DNA of 37,221 nucleotides from Chrysochromulina tobinii (lineage: Eukaryota), in assembly GCA_001275005.1 (NCBI GenBank), contig JWZX01002403.1, forward strand, positions 1 to 37,221, in the 5' to 3' direction. The notes below the pieces were generated by a model, which saw nothing but the letters and a program-made list of their open reading frames with translations, made no database searches and was not told the DNA's origin. The position numbers and the translations under genes are program-made. The stretch's first letter is position 1; the number at the start of each line of letters is the position of its first letter. This document shows positions 9,930 to 20,700 of the stretch, one piece after another.

Positions 9930-10617
9930 ATGGTTAGTCAGCGCCCCATTCCCGCCCATTACACGCAGCGGCGAGTAGTATCCACTGTAGTAGAGGAACA
10001 TACCATAGTGACCGCAACGGTACCTAGTAGACATACCATAGTAACGGGTGTACAAGGTAGCCGGGCTTGTCTTGACTCCATGAATTTCATATTTGTCACA
10101 CACTAGAGTCACACACTCCCTTGACACCCGAGTCCCGTGGGCCGCTTTCTGTACGCGTTTCTGTTTACGTTTCTGTAACACTTTGTAACACCTGTATTGT
10201 ATATAGGTTGTATAGCTAGAAAGCTACTCATTGTTGTCCCCAGGCGCCAGGACGCAGGAGCCCACACGCGAGGCTCGAACGCGCACTGGTGCGATGGTCT
10301 TTCCCTCTGGCCAGCCGTGCGAGAGCTCTAGCTCCTGGGCGAAAGCCGCCGCGAGGAAGAGCGCCATTAGTACGTAGTACCCTACTACCCTTTCTTCTGG
10401 ACCACCATCTTCAAGGACCTGGATCAAGGACCAAGATCTTCCTCAAAACGTCAAAAGGCAACTCGAGCGGGGTCTCGGAAAATGATGCGCATAATTATGG
10501 AGTCGTGAACATGAAGAGAACTTGTATTGTATTGTCCTCTCTTCTGTGCTTTGATCTGTACGTGTTGTGTGTATTAACATGAAGAGAACTTACTTCCACA
10601 CCCCCGCGGTAAAAAAG

Positions 10618-11241
10618 ATGGAACCCCCAAGCCTTTCTCATCCGCGGCAGATTCACCTTTCCCCTCTGTCCTCACCTCCAGGGACGACGGTGCACTACCG
10701 ACGCGACGGCACGTCCACGTCTCTGCTTGAGGAAATAGAGCAGAAGAAAGCTGTGGGCAACGCGCACTTCAAAGCAGGTGACAATGCAGCGGCTATCACC
10801 GCATACCATGAGGGAATCGAGGCAGTGAAGCGCTCGCCGCCGTTGGAGGCAGACGAGGAGCTCGTCAATCAGGTGCTCATCTCGCTGCATAACAACGCAT
10901 GCGCGGCACTCATCAGGCTCGAGGATTGGGAGTCCGCCGACTTGAGCGCCTCAAAGGTAATCGAGCTCGACAGGGCAAACTCGAAGGCGCTCCTTCGGCG
11001 CGGCATTGCGCGCAGCAGGATGGGTTCGGGCAAACCGGGCTTGCTCTCGATGGCGGAGTCAGACCTGCTGGGCGCGTGCAAGCTGGACCCCAAGGACCGA
11101 ACCGCACGCGCAGAGCTCACAACGGTGCAGGCGGCGCTCAAGGTCCATCGCGACCATGATCGCCACAGCCTAAAGTCGTCCTTCGCCGCCAAATTTGGTG
11201 CAGCGATCAATATGGATGTGTGCGAGCCGCTCACGCAGTAG
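10618..11241 (+). CDS. TPR-domain protein (3 TPRs, FKBP/Cyp40 co-chaperone type)
   Basis: KKAVGNAHFKAGDNAAAITAYHEGI; SLHNNACAALIRLEDWESADLSASKVIELDRANSKALLRRGIA; AESDLLGACKLDPKDRTARAEL. Confidence 0.85.
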   Translation: MEPPSLSHPRQIHLSPLSSPPGTTVHYRRDGTSTSLLEEIEQKKAVGNAHFKAGDNAAAITAYHEGIEAVKRSPPLEADEELVNQVLISLHNNACAALIRLEDWESADLSASKVIELDRANSKALLRRGIARSRMGSGKPGLLSMAESDLLGACKLDPKDRTARAELTTVQAALKVHRDHDRHSLKSSFAAKFGAAINMDVCEPLTQ

Positions 11242-11901
11242 GAGCGACCTAGGCGCCAGAAGGCGATCGCCAACGCGGAAAGGAGAGTGTGCGTCTCTGC
11301 TCTGGAGGAAGCATCAAGCATGCCGAGCTCGAAGTGACTGTGCCCGTGCACTGCCGGTAACTTCGTGTGTTAGTCTGTCAACTAGTCGATCTGGGTCTAT
11401 TAAGCTCTAAGGGAGCGTCCACTTCTAGGCCGGCGTGGCTATGCTATGATACACCGTAGTGCAAGAAACAAATGTTACCGTATGTATCTTCAACGTCTCA
11501 AGTTGCCAACGTCCGCGTCTTGGAGTCAGTGGAGAGAGGAGTGCTCCTTGATGTATTTTTGAGATTTGACGTGTGTATCATCGCCGGGGTAACACCACTC
11601 ACCAGCCCTAACACGGGCGGGATCTTATCACGCAGCTTGCACGGTTTTAGCTTAAACCTTAGGATGAGTTTAGCAGGCTGTGTTCACGTTCACGTTAAAT
11701 TGCCTTCTCGGCAAGACGCACAGCCACAGGTCCCGTGGAGACACGCTAGCAGGCTGTGTCGGCCATGCCTACCCCCGTGCGATAGCGGTTGGGGTCCGGG
11801 GTTGTTGTGTGTTTCACAGCGAGACTCCGACCCCCATAAATGGAAAGTCTCGTCAGTCTCATTGTGACTCGAGACAGAAATGGCGCGCGTCGGCGGCGGC
11901 A

Positions 11902-14118
11902 ATGCGGCGCATTGTCGGCGACGGCGACGACGGCGATGTGAGGGTGCGAAGCGCCGAGGGCGAGGAGGTCGCGTGGTCCCGCTCGGCCGCGGCGCGATCG
12001 GCGGCGCTGGCCAACTGGGTGAGCGACACGGGCGGCGCCGAGGGGGCGTTCGCCACTCTGGTGCCTGCGGCTGCGCTCCGCACGCTCTCGCGCGTCGCCG
12101 AGGGCGGTGAAGAGGAGTACGGGGCGCTGGAGGGGTGCTCGCTCGCACAGCTCGCGCAGCTTTTGCATGGCGCGCACTTTCTCGACGTGGACGATGAGCT
12201 TCTCCGACTCCTCTCACGTTCCCTGTGCACCGGCCACCTCGCCGGCAAGAGTGGCCCGGAGCTCGGGCGGCTGCTGGGTGTCGTGTGCGACTTGCCCACC
12301 GAGGCGGAGCGGGAGGCGGCGACGGAGGAGCCCCTCTACACGCAAGACGCTCAGCACGACGCCACTGCTCCGGGAGCGACTGACTACCCCACACCGCCAG
12401 CGCCCGTGTGCTGGCTCTCGACACAGCTCGTCAACGAGGACGTTCTCGAGGACGCCCTCGCGGACGCCGACGTGCCGACGCTGCGCGCGCTCAAGGGTGT
12501 GAGCCTCGCGTGGCGCGCGCGGGCGCGGCGCGTCCTGTGCGCGCGGCTGTGCGCACGCGTCGGCCTGCCGCTCACGAGCAACCTCGTCGAGGTGACCGAG
12601 CTCGACCTCTCGGACAGCCGCGCAGCCGGCCGCCTCATCGCCGACGCGGCCGACGCGTCGTGCTGGCTGCCCAACCTTGCAAAGGTGACGGGGCTGGGCG
12701 GTTTCGATGTGGACGTGGCCACGCTGAGGCAAGTGGAGTCTTCGGGTGAATTGGAAGATGAAGAGGGTCCGCCGCCGTATCCAATGGTGGGGGTGCGCGC
12801 GTGCATCCGCGGCGAGGGCGAGGTGCCGATGGATGTGCTGCTCGCCGCGTGCGCGCTGCGTGACGGCGAGGCGTGCGTGCCGCCGGGCGCGTTCCGTGGG
12901 GACACGTCGATAACGTCGATCGAGCTGCCCGACGGCCTCACGAGCCTCGGCGAGGGCGCCTTCTGTGGCTGCGACTCGCTGACGTCGATTGAGCTGCCCG
13001 CCAGCCTCACGAGCTTCGGCAAGGGCGCCTTCTGTGGCTGCTCCTCGATGACGTCGATCGCGCTGCCTGCCGGCCTCATGAGCCTCGGTGATGGCGCCTT
13101 CTATGGCTGCGAATCGTTGACGTCAATCGCGCTGCCCGCCGGCCTCACGAGCCTCGGCGAGCGCGCCTTCGAGAACTGCTCCTCGATGACGTCGATCGAG
13201 CTGCCCGCCAGCCTCACTAGCCTCCCTGATGGCGCCTTCAAGGGCTGCTCCTGGTTGACATCAATCGCGCTGCCCGCCGGCCTCACGAGCCTCGGTGAGT
13301 ATGCCTTCGCTGGCTGCTCCTCGATGACGTCAATCGAGCTGCCCGCCGGCCTCATGAGCCTCGGTACGGGCACCTTCGCTGGCTGCTCCTCGATGACGTC
13401 GATCACGCTGCCCGCAGGCCTCTCAAGCCTCCCCGATCGCGCCTTCCAGGGCTGCTCCTCGATGACGTCAGTCGAGCTGTCCGTCAGCCTCACAAGCCTT
13501 GGTGAGTACGCCTTCTACTACTGCTCCTCGATGACGTCAATTGAGCTGCCCGCCGGCCTCACGAGCCTCGGGTTGAGCGTCTTCGCTGGCTGCTCTTCGA
13601 TGACGTCTATCGAGCTGCCCGCCGGCCTCACAAGCCTGGGTGGGTTCGCCTTCACTTTCTGCTTTTTGTTGACGTCCATCACGCTGCCCGCCGGCCTCAC
13701 GAGCCTCGGTGCGCGCACCTTCCAGGGCTGCTCCTCAATGACGTCAATCGAGCTGCCCGCCGGCCTCACGAGCCTCGGTGGGGGCGCCTTCTACGGCTGC
13801 TCCTTGATGGCATCGATCGCGCTGCCCACGGGCCTCACGAGCCTCAGTGAGTACGCCTTCGGTGGCTGCTCCTCGTTGACGTCGATCGCGCTGCCCGCCG
13901 GCCTCACGAGCCTCGGCAGGGGCGCCTTCTACGACTGCTCCTCGATGACGTCAATCGCGCTGCCCGCTGGCCTCTTGAACCTCGGTGATGATGCCTTCCG
14001 TGGCTGCTCCTCGATGACGTCCATCGAGCTGCCTGCGAGATTCCAAGACAGCTCTCTGAGGTCTGCTGGAGTGCCTCCCAGCGCCATCCTTCGCTATCGC
14101 TATCATTATTATTATTAG
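11902..14118 (+). CDS. SKP1-like domain + F-box-like motif + 17 BspA/LRR_5-type leucine-rich repeats
   Basis: ATG at 11902. SKP1-like part: VRVRSAEGEEV...QLAQLLHGAHFLDV..LLRLLSRSLC..LAGKSGPELGRLLGVVCDLPTEAERE. F-box-like part: NEDVLEDALADADVPTLRALKGVSLAWRARAR. Then 23-aa units TSIxLPAGLTSLGxxAFxGCSSM. Confidence 0.85.
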   Translation: MRRIVGDGDDGDVRVRSAEGEEVAWSRSAAARSAALANWVSDTGGAEGAFATLVPAAALRTLSRVAEGGEEEYGALEGCSLAQLAQLLHGAHFLDVDDELLRLLSRSLCTGHLAGKSGPELGRLLGVVCDLPTEAEREAATEEPLYTQDAQHDATAPGATDYPTPPAPVCWLSTQLVNEDVLEDALADADVPTLRALKGVSLAWRARARRVLCARLCARVGLPLTSNLVEVTELDLSDSRAAGRLIADAADASCWLPNLAKVTGLGGFDVDVATLRQVESSGELEDEEGPPPYPMVGVRACIRGEGEVPMDVLLAACALRDGEACVPPGAFRGDTSITSIELPDGLTSLGEGAFCGCDSLTSIELPASLTSFGKGAFCGCSSMTSIALPAGLMSLGDGAFYGCESLTSIALPAGLTSLGERAFENCSSMTSIELPASLTSLPDGAFKGCSWLTSIALPAGLTSLGEYAFAGCSSMTSIELPAGLMSLGTGTFAGCSSMTSITLPAGLSSLPDRAFQGCSSMTSVELSVSLTSLGEYAFYYCSSMTSIELPAGLTSLGLSVFAGCSSMTSIELPAGLTSLGGFAFTFCFLLTSITLPAGLTSLGARTFQGCSSMTSIELPAGLTSLGGGAFYGCSLMASIALPTGLTSLSEYAFGGCSSLTSIALPAGLTSLGRGAFYDCSSMTSIALPAGLLNLGDDAFRGCSSMTSIELPARFQDSSLRSAGVPPSAILRYRYHYYY
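12874..14040 (+). repeat. Coding tandem array, 17 x 69 bp (LRR_5)
   Basis: Near-identical nucleotide backbone TGACGTCGATCG.GCTGCCCGCCGGCCTCACGAGCCTCGG......GCCTTC...GGCTGCTCCTCGA. Confidence 0.95.
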
Positions 14119-14779
14119 ACCGGCGACGAGGACCAGAAAGAGAGCACGGCGAGCGCTCCAGGGGTAGGGGCAGCCGGAGCTGAGACGCGACCTGAGACCG
14201 GATGTCCAGCTCCAGGATTGAAGAAGGGAGCGGATGCAGACGGTGACGGAGTCGAAGACGCGTGCGGCCCAAACGCGAAACGGACGGGAGTAGAGGATCT
14301 GGTGGTGCGCGGCGCGCGGTGTGGCGTGAACGAAGGTCAAGGGACGGAGGAGGGCAGGAGCGACCGGTCCACCGGACCTGACCGCGCGTGTGCGGTGTGG
14401 TAGGAAGTCGAGCTTCGTGCTTCGACCCTGCGACGTGCGAGTTTTCTCGGCGAGTAAATGCTTGATTCAAATGTACGGTAATCAGGCGTGAGCTACTTTC
14501 AACTTTGATCCTTGTAATAATGAGCACACACCCTGCGCCCACACCTCTCGATGGACGCGTGCATGCATCCGCCGCTGCCGAACCGCCTGCATCATCGATC
14601 GGATCATGGCCCGCATCATGCATCTTCGCTAAAAACGGTAAGATGATCGCTAACGAACTAAGGGCAAGCCGAGGTTCCATGAGTGGGCGACGCCCTTCAC
14701 AGCCGCGCGATCTCCACTCTGGCAGTCCGCCTGGGTGGCCAGCGTGCGCCGCGGGTTCTTCTCTATTGTTCGATCGATC

Positions 14780-17700
14780 TCATTTGCCTGGGCGCACCTT
14801 GGGCGCGCTCGCTGCGCGCGCTGCGCCCTTGTCGCCGCCGGGCGCCTTGTTCTTGGCAGGCGAGGCAGCAGGCGAGGCTTTAGCTGCGGGGCTGGGCGGA
14901 GCAGGCCGCTGCTTGCCGGCGCTCGCGGCGCGCCCGCCTTTTGCACTCTTCGAGGGCGTCGCGCCCGTGGCTTCGTCGCTCTCCTCGGCGATCTCCTGAC
15001 GCTTCTTGGCGAGCTCGTCGGCGGCCTTGCGCCGTGGGGGCTTCGCGCCGGGCGCCGGGCGCGCGGACGGCACAAGTGACGGACGCGACGACTCTCCGGG
15101 CGACATCGGCGAGGGTGGGGAGGGGGGCAGCGGCCGCGGTGCCATCGACGAGAGTGGCGAGCCGCCATACTCCTCCACCTGGCGCTCAATGTGGCGCACG
15201 CGCGTCTCGGCCTCGGCCAGCGCGAGCTCGAGGCGAGATCGCGCCGTATTGAGCGCACCCGCCGAGCGCGCCGAGGCGAGCGCCTCCTTGGCCGCCCCCT
15301 TGGCTGCGTTCAGCAGCTGGTAGTGCGTCTGCAGCCGTTTGAGGCTCGCGCGGTCGTTGGCGTTGGCCGCCTTTTCTGCGAGCGCCACAGTCGCATGGAC
15401 CAGCTGCGGCCCGCTGAGCTTGACGATCTGCATGTCGAGCTGCGATGCCGTGCGCTCGAGCTCGCGCTCGAGCTGCGCCTCGCGTCTCGCGCGCGTCTCC
15501 TTAATGACCTGCGCGAGCTCGGCCGCGTGGCGCGCCTCGAGCGCCTGGCTCGCCTGGTAGAAGGCCGCCTCGGACTCGAGCGCCTCGTCCGCGACAAGTC
15601 GCTGCACCTGCGCACGCGTGGCGTACGCGACGAAAGCCGCCTCGAGGCTCGTCTCGGGCGTGAAACGCGCCGCTGTGAATGCTTCGCGTCTGGCCGCCGC
15701 CTCGGGCATCACGCGCTTCGCATTGTTCGTGTAGAAGCGCATGAGCTCCTCGGCCGCGGCGTGCTGGCCGAGCGCACGCGCGTCCCAGGCCACCTCGAAC
15801 TGTGCCACGTGCTCCTTCTGCAGGGTGAGCGGGTTGGCCGACTCCGCTTCGAGCTTGGCATCGTCGGCCTGGAGCCGCTGCACCGCCTCGGCCATGGCCT
15901 TGCGCCGCTCGGTGGCCTCCCGCGCCGCGGCGCGCGTCGCGTCGTCGAGCGCCGCCTCGCGAGCGCGCGCGCGCCGGGCGAGCAGGCCGTCGGCCACGGC
16001 CTTGTCGACGGCGTCGCGCATCGCCCCCGCCTCCTCCGCTTCCCAGTGCTCGAGCCACTCTGCCTTGTCGGGCGCCGTCGAAGCGAGCGCACCGCCGAGC
16101 ACCTGTGTCACGAAGGCGCCCGGCGCGGGCCCCACGGCCTTGGTGCCGGCGGCGGAGAGCTCTTGGAGCTGCTCGGCCGTCAAGCGCGTGGACGCGTCGA
16201 GCTGAGCGCTGACGGCGTCGACCACCGCCTTCTCGTCCTTGACCGCCATCTGATACCGGCGCTCAAGGGTCGCCACGGTCTTGGTGATCTTCTTGACTGC
16301 CAAGTGATCGAGCGCGCGCTGCGCGGCGTGCATCACCTTCGCGGGCGTCCGCCGCGCCTCCTGCGCGAGCGCACGGCGCGCCGCCACCGTCGCCGCATCC
16401 GTCTCCGCCTGCTCTGCCGCCAGGGATCCCTCCAGCCGGTACATCGCCTCCGCGCGCTTGGCACGGCGCCCCTCAAAGGCGTCGCGGCGGGCGCGCTGCA
16501 GATCACGGCACAGGTTGGCGTAGTGCACGCGCTGCCGGCACCAGGTCGACGCGAGCTGGCGCACGAATCGTTCCGAGCTCTTGGCCTGCCACTCGATAGC
16601 GGACGCCTCGCCCTCTCGGAACGACGCCTCGTGCTCCGCGAGCCACGCGGCGGTGAGCTCCTCCATGGCCTCGTGTGTCTTCTCGAGCGTCTCGGCGTGG
16701 GCGACGCGCGCGCTCGCGACGACGGCGGCCACCTGCGCCGAGAGCGCTTCCTCCTCCTCGGCCTGCAGCTGCAGCTCGGCGTCCTGGCCCCGCAGCGCGG
16801 CCGCGCGCACCTGCCGCAGCTCCGCACCCGCCGACGCGCGCGCGGCATCGTACGCGCCCATCGCCTTCTGATGGCGCTCCCGCGCCGCCCTCTCGAGCCG
16901 CGCGCTGTGGAGCGAGCAGTGCTGCTCGAGGAGGTTGCTCGACTCGGCCGCCGCCTTGAGCAGCGCCTCATGCGCCTTCTCCTCCGCCGCCGCCACCTTC
17001 GTGACGGTCTCGTCCGCCACCCGCCTCGCCGCCTCGTGTGCGGCCTTCATCTTGGCGACGGCGCGATCCGCGCGCTCATTGGCCATCCGCACGATCGTCT
17101 CGTGCTGCTGGCGCGCGAGCAGCTGACGGAATGCACGCCCGTCGAGCGCCGCGCTCGTCATCTCGCGCAGCTCGTGCATGCGGCGCACCGTCGCGTCCGC
17201 ACGCTCGATGGCCTCCGAGTGTGCCAGCAACTCGGAGGCCAGGAGCCCCTCGTGATGCGCCTCCGTATCTGCAAGCATCCCCTCGCGCACCTGCTGCCGC
17301 CACTCGCGCTGCGCCGAGCGCACGAGCTCATCCGCAAGCGCCGTCTCTTCCTCGATGCGAATGGTCGCAGCCTCGGCAGCTTCCCGCCGCGCAGCGACGA
17401 AACGCTCCGTCTCCGCCTGCAGCATCGCGCTGCCGCTCAGCACGCCGCGTCGATGCAGCTCCACCTGCTCGGCGCGCGTGCGGCCGGGCTCCTCTCGCCG
17501 CCAGTGCGCGAGCCGCGCCTCGGCTGCGGCGCGTGCCGCCACGTCGGCCGCCTCGGCGTCGGCCCACTTGTCATATTGCTCTGCCATCAGTGTGTAGTGG
17601 TCCAGCGTCTGCCTCTCGGCGAGCGCGACGTGCTGCCGCACCAACGCGTGGCGCCCCAGCTCGATGGCGGCGTTCTCGGCGAGCAGTTGGGCGCGCTCGC

Positions 17701-20700
17701 GCTCCCATGAGGCCTCAAACGCGCCGGACGCGATGCCGTGGAAGGCCGTGAGGGTCTGGTGGCGCTGGCGCAACAACGAGATCTCGGTCGCGGTACCCGT
17801 CTTGAAATGGGCGAGGCGCACACTGTGCACTGCCTCCTCGTACGCGCCCTGCAGCTTGATGGCGTTCGCAATCGAGGACTGCTCAATGTGCTCGAGGTGC
17901 ATCACGAGCAGCTTGGCACCCACGTCGGCGCGTCGGGCCGCCGACTTGGCGCGCAATCTCGATGCGAGCTCGACCACCTCGGACATGTTGCCCCGCACCG
18001 TGGACACGTGCTCGCTGATCGCGGCTGACGAGAGGGCGGCAAGCTCGGCACGGATCGCGTGCATCTTGTGCTCATACGCCGCCTCGAGGCGCGTAAACTG
18101 AGGCCCCACCTCGGCGTGCATGCGCGCCACAGCCTCGATGTGCTCGCGGCGCGCGCGCTCCTCCATATCGCGCGATCTCGCCTCGACCTGCGAGATCGCG
18201 CCGAGCTCATCGCCCACCTTGCGCGCCTCGGCCGCGGCGGCCTTTTCCTGCACCTGGGCGGCTTCGGCGAGCCCGCGCGCTTCCTCTTCGGTGTCGGCGA
18301 TCCAACGGCACATGACATTCAGACGGCGCCCGTGCACCTCTTCAAGCAGCAGCACGCGGGTACGAGCCTCCTCGGCGGCGATCTGGTCGCACACCGCTGC
18401 CTCCGCAGCGGACGCGGACGCCGACTCGGCCACGACGGACTCGATGCGCTCGAGCCCCGCCTTCGCCAGCGCCACACGCCCCTCACCGATGCGCTCGAGC
18501 GCCCCGAGCTTCTCGGCGGTGATCTCCTGGAAGCGGCTCGCCGCCTCGTCGTGCTCCGCCTGCGCCCTCGCCGTCTCTGCATGCATCCACGTGACGAAGT
18601 CACCCAGAATCGCGCGCAGCGTCTCGTCGTTCCTCTGCTGCCGCTCACGACGGACCACGCCCTCGTCGTCGTGGCCAAGCTTGAGCTCGACGAGGGCCCC
18701 GTGCATCATGGCCGCCGCCGCAAGCGCCTCCGCGCGCAATCCCTGCTGGCGGACGCTCCAGCTGGACTGCGCATGTGCGAGCTCCTCCCGCACCATGGCT
18801 GCCGGCATGCCCGACCAGACCGCAGCCGCGACGCGCGCGCGCTCCATCGCCTCTCGATGCAGGAAGACCTGATAGTCGGTCGCTTGGTGCAGCCGCGCCT
18901 CGCACAAGCTGAGCGCGGCTGAGTGCCCATCGCCCACGATCCGCACGAGTCGCAGGCTAGCCTGCTGCGCGTACGAGATCAGCTCCGACGTGCCGGTCTT
19001 GAGTCCGAATGCAATCGCCTGGTGCAACAAGGGCGCTTCGGCCGCATAGAATCCCTTCTCGGGGTGCAACAGCTCGGCGCTCGCCTCCACGGCACCGTCG
19101 AGGGCGCCCAGGCTCTCTCCGATCTCAGACTCCATCTGAGCCTCGACGTCAGAGCACAGCTTCTCCTCCGCCTCGACGAACTCGAGAAGCTGCGACTGCA
19201 TGGCGCGCATGATCCCCGCCGCCTCGCTCGAGGCCGCCTGCCGTGCATCGAGCTCCATCTCCGTCGTCATCATGCGCACCTCGTGACCGAGCCGCACGTC
19301 CGCCGCGCGCCGCTGCTCGACGAGCTGTGAAATGGCCTGTCGAGCGCCGCTGAGCCGCGCGTTGAGCGTCGAGATTTCCGTCTGGCACGCCTGCAGGTCG
19401 ACGAGCTCGGCCCGCACCGAGAGGGTCGCGCCGGTCTTGCGCCCGAACTCATCCAGCAGGGGGAGCTCGAACTCCTTTTCGAACATGTTCGAGGTCGCCA
19501 GCAGGTTCCACTCGACACGTGCCTGAGCGAGCGCCACGTCGGGGCGCGCGCCGCCGAGCGCGCCGCCGAGCCAGCCAGTGCGCCCGGAGCCCGCGTCCAT
19601 GAGCACGAGCACGAGCGCCGCCGACGAGCCGCCGAGCGCCGCCGCCGAGCCCTGCGGGGTCAGGTGGCCGCTGAGCTGCGCGAGCGCCTCGGTGGAAAGA
19701 GGCATCACGTGCCGCTCGTTCCACACCGGCGACGACTCGAGCGCGCTCAGGTGCGGCTTGGGCGCACTCGTCTCGAGGACCATCCCACGCCCTTCGAGCC
19801 GCTTGCCGGTGGAGCCCACGAGGAAGGCGGTCACGTACGGGCGCAGCTGCCCCGGCTTCGTTGCGCCGGCGCCGCTGTCGTTGCGCAGCTTGCCGTCGGG
19901 ACCAACCTTGAGCTCGCGCGCGCCTCCGATGCGGATGGAGAGGCGGCGCAGGTGCGTCACCGACGTCTGCAGCGCCGGAGAGAAGCGCCCGAGCTCGCGC
20001 CCCATCAAGTCGGTCATCGCCTGGGCCGGGCGCCGCACCTGGGGTGCACCTGCCACGCCGCCAACGCTCGGGGCGATGGGAAGTGGGGCCTTGACGGCCG
20101 CGGCCGCGATGGCCACGGCCGCGGCCGCCTCCTTCGCTGCCTCCTGCTGCTTTTTGCGATGGGCCTCGGCCTCGACGCGGAGAGCCTCGGTCTCCTCCTT
20201 GGCCTTAGCATCGTCCTTCTCGCGCTCTCTGGCACGTTCCTGTTCTCGTGCACGAGCCTGTGCCTCACGCTCGGCCTGCTGCTGCTGCTCGCGTAGCTGC
20301 TCGCGCTGCTGCTCGCGCTGCTGCTGCACTCGCTTCGAAGCCGCCTCAGCCGCCTCGCGCTCGGCCCGCTGCTGCTCCTGCTCGCGCCTGCGCGCCTCGT
20401 CGGTCTGATGGTCCACGCTCTGAGGCTCCGCATTCGCAGCGCCCGGCATCACGCCCGGCATCACTCCCGGCACCAGTAACGTCGGCTGACCAGTGGGCGT
20501 AAACGAAGGTGCCGAACCGCCGCGCCCAAACGACGAGGCTGCCGACGTGGGGCCGCTCTTGGCGGCCGAACTGGACGCGGATGGCAGCAGCGGCGGCGAC
20601 GGAGCAAACGAGGGTGCCGACCCGCGGCCGAACGACGAGGCTGCTGACGTGGGGCCGCTGCCCGCCAGCCTGGCACCCGTGCTGCTGGAGGCGGTCGACG

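Noticed and set aside
10224..10427. Small ORF with a hydrophobic stretch
   Set aside because: No ATG start at the ORF boundary, short, and no recognisable motif; cannot be supported as a gene.
1..11241. Split CHIP-like system (TPR gene plus U-box)
   Set aside because: The two are 10 kb apart on opposite strands with unrelated genes between, and both domains are common.
84..14118. TAG reassignment to an amino acid, suggested by coding-like sequence after TAGs at 84, 11239 and 14116
   Set aside because: Long genes (2090 aa, 1090 aa, ~490 aa) contain no internal TAG, and other genes end cleanly at TAG, including a TAG TAG pair at the end of the channel gene.
15191..17710. Long plus-strand ORF (839 aa) and similar antisense or overlapping ORFs (e.g. 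42..1391, 21519..23024)
   Set aside because: These are shadow ORFs expected opposite GC3-rich genes; they are Arg/Ala-rich with no motifs.
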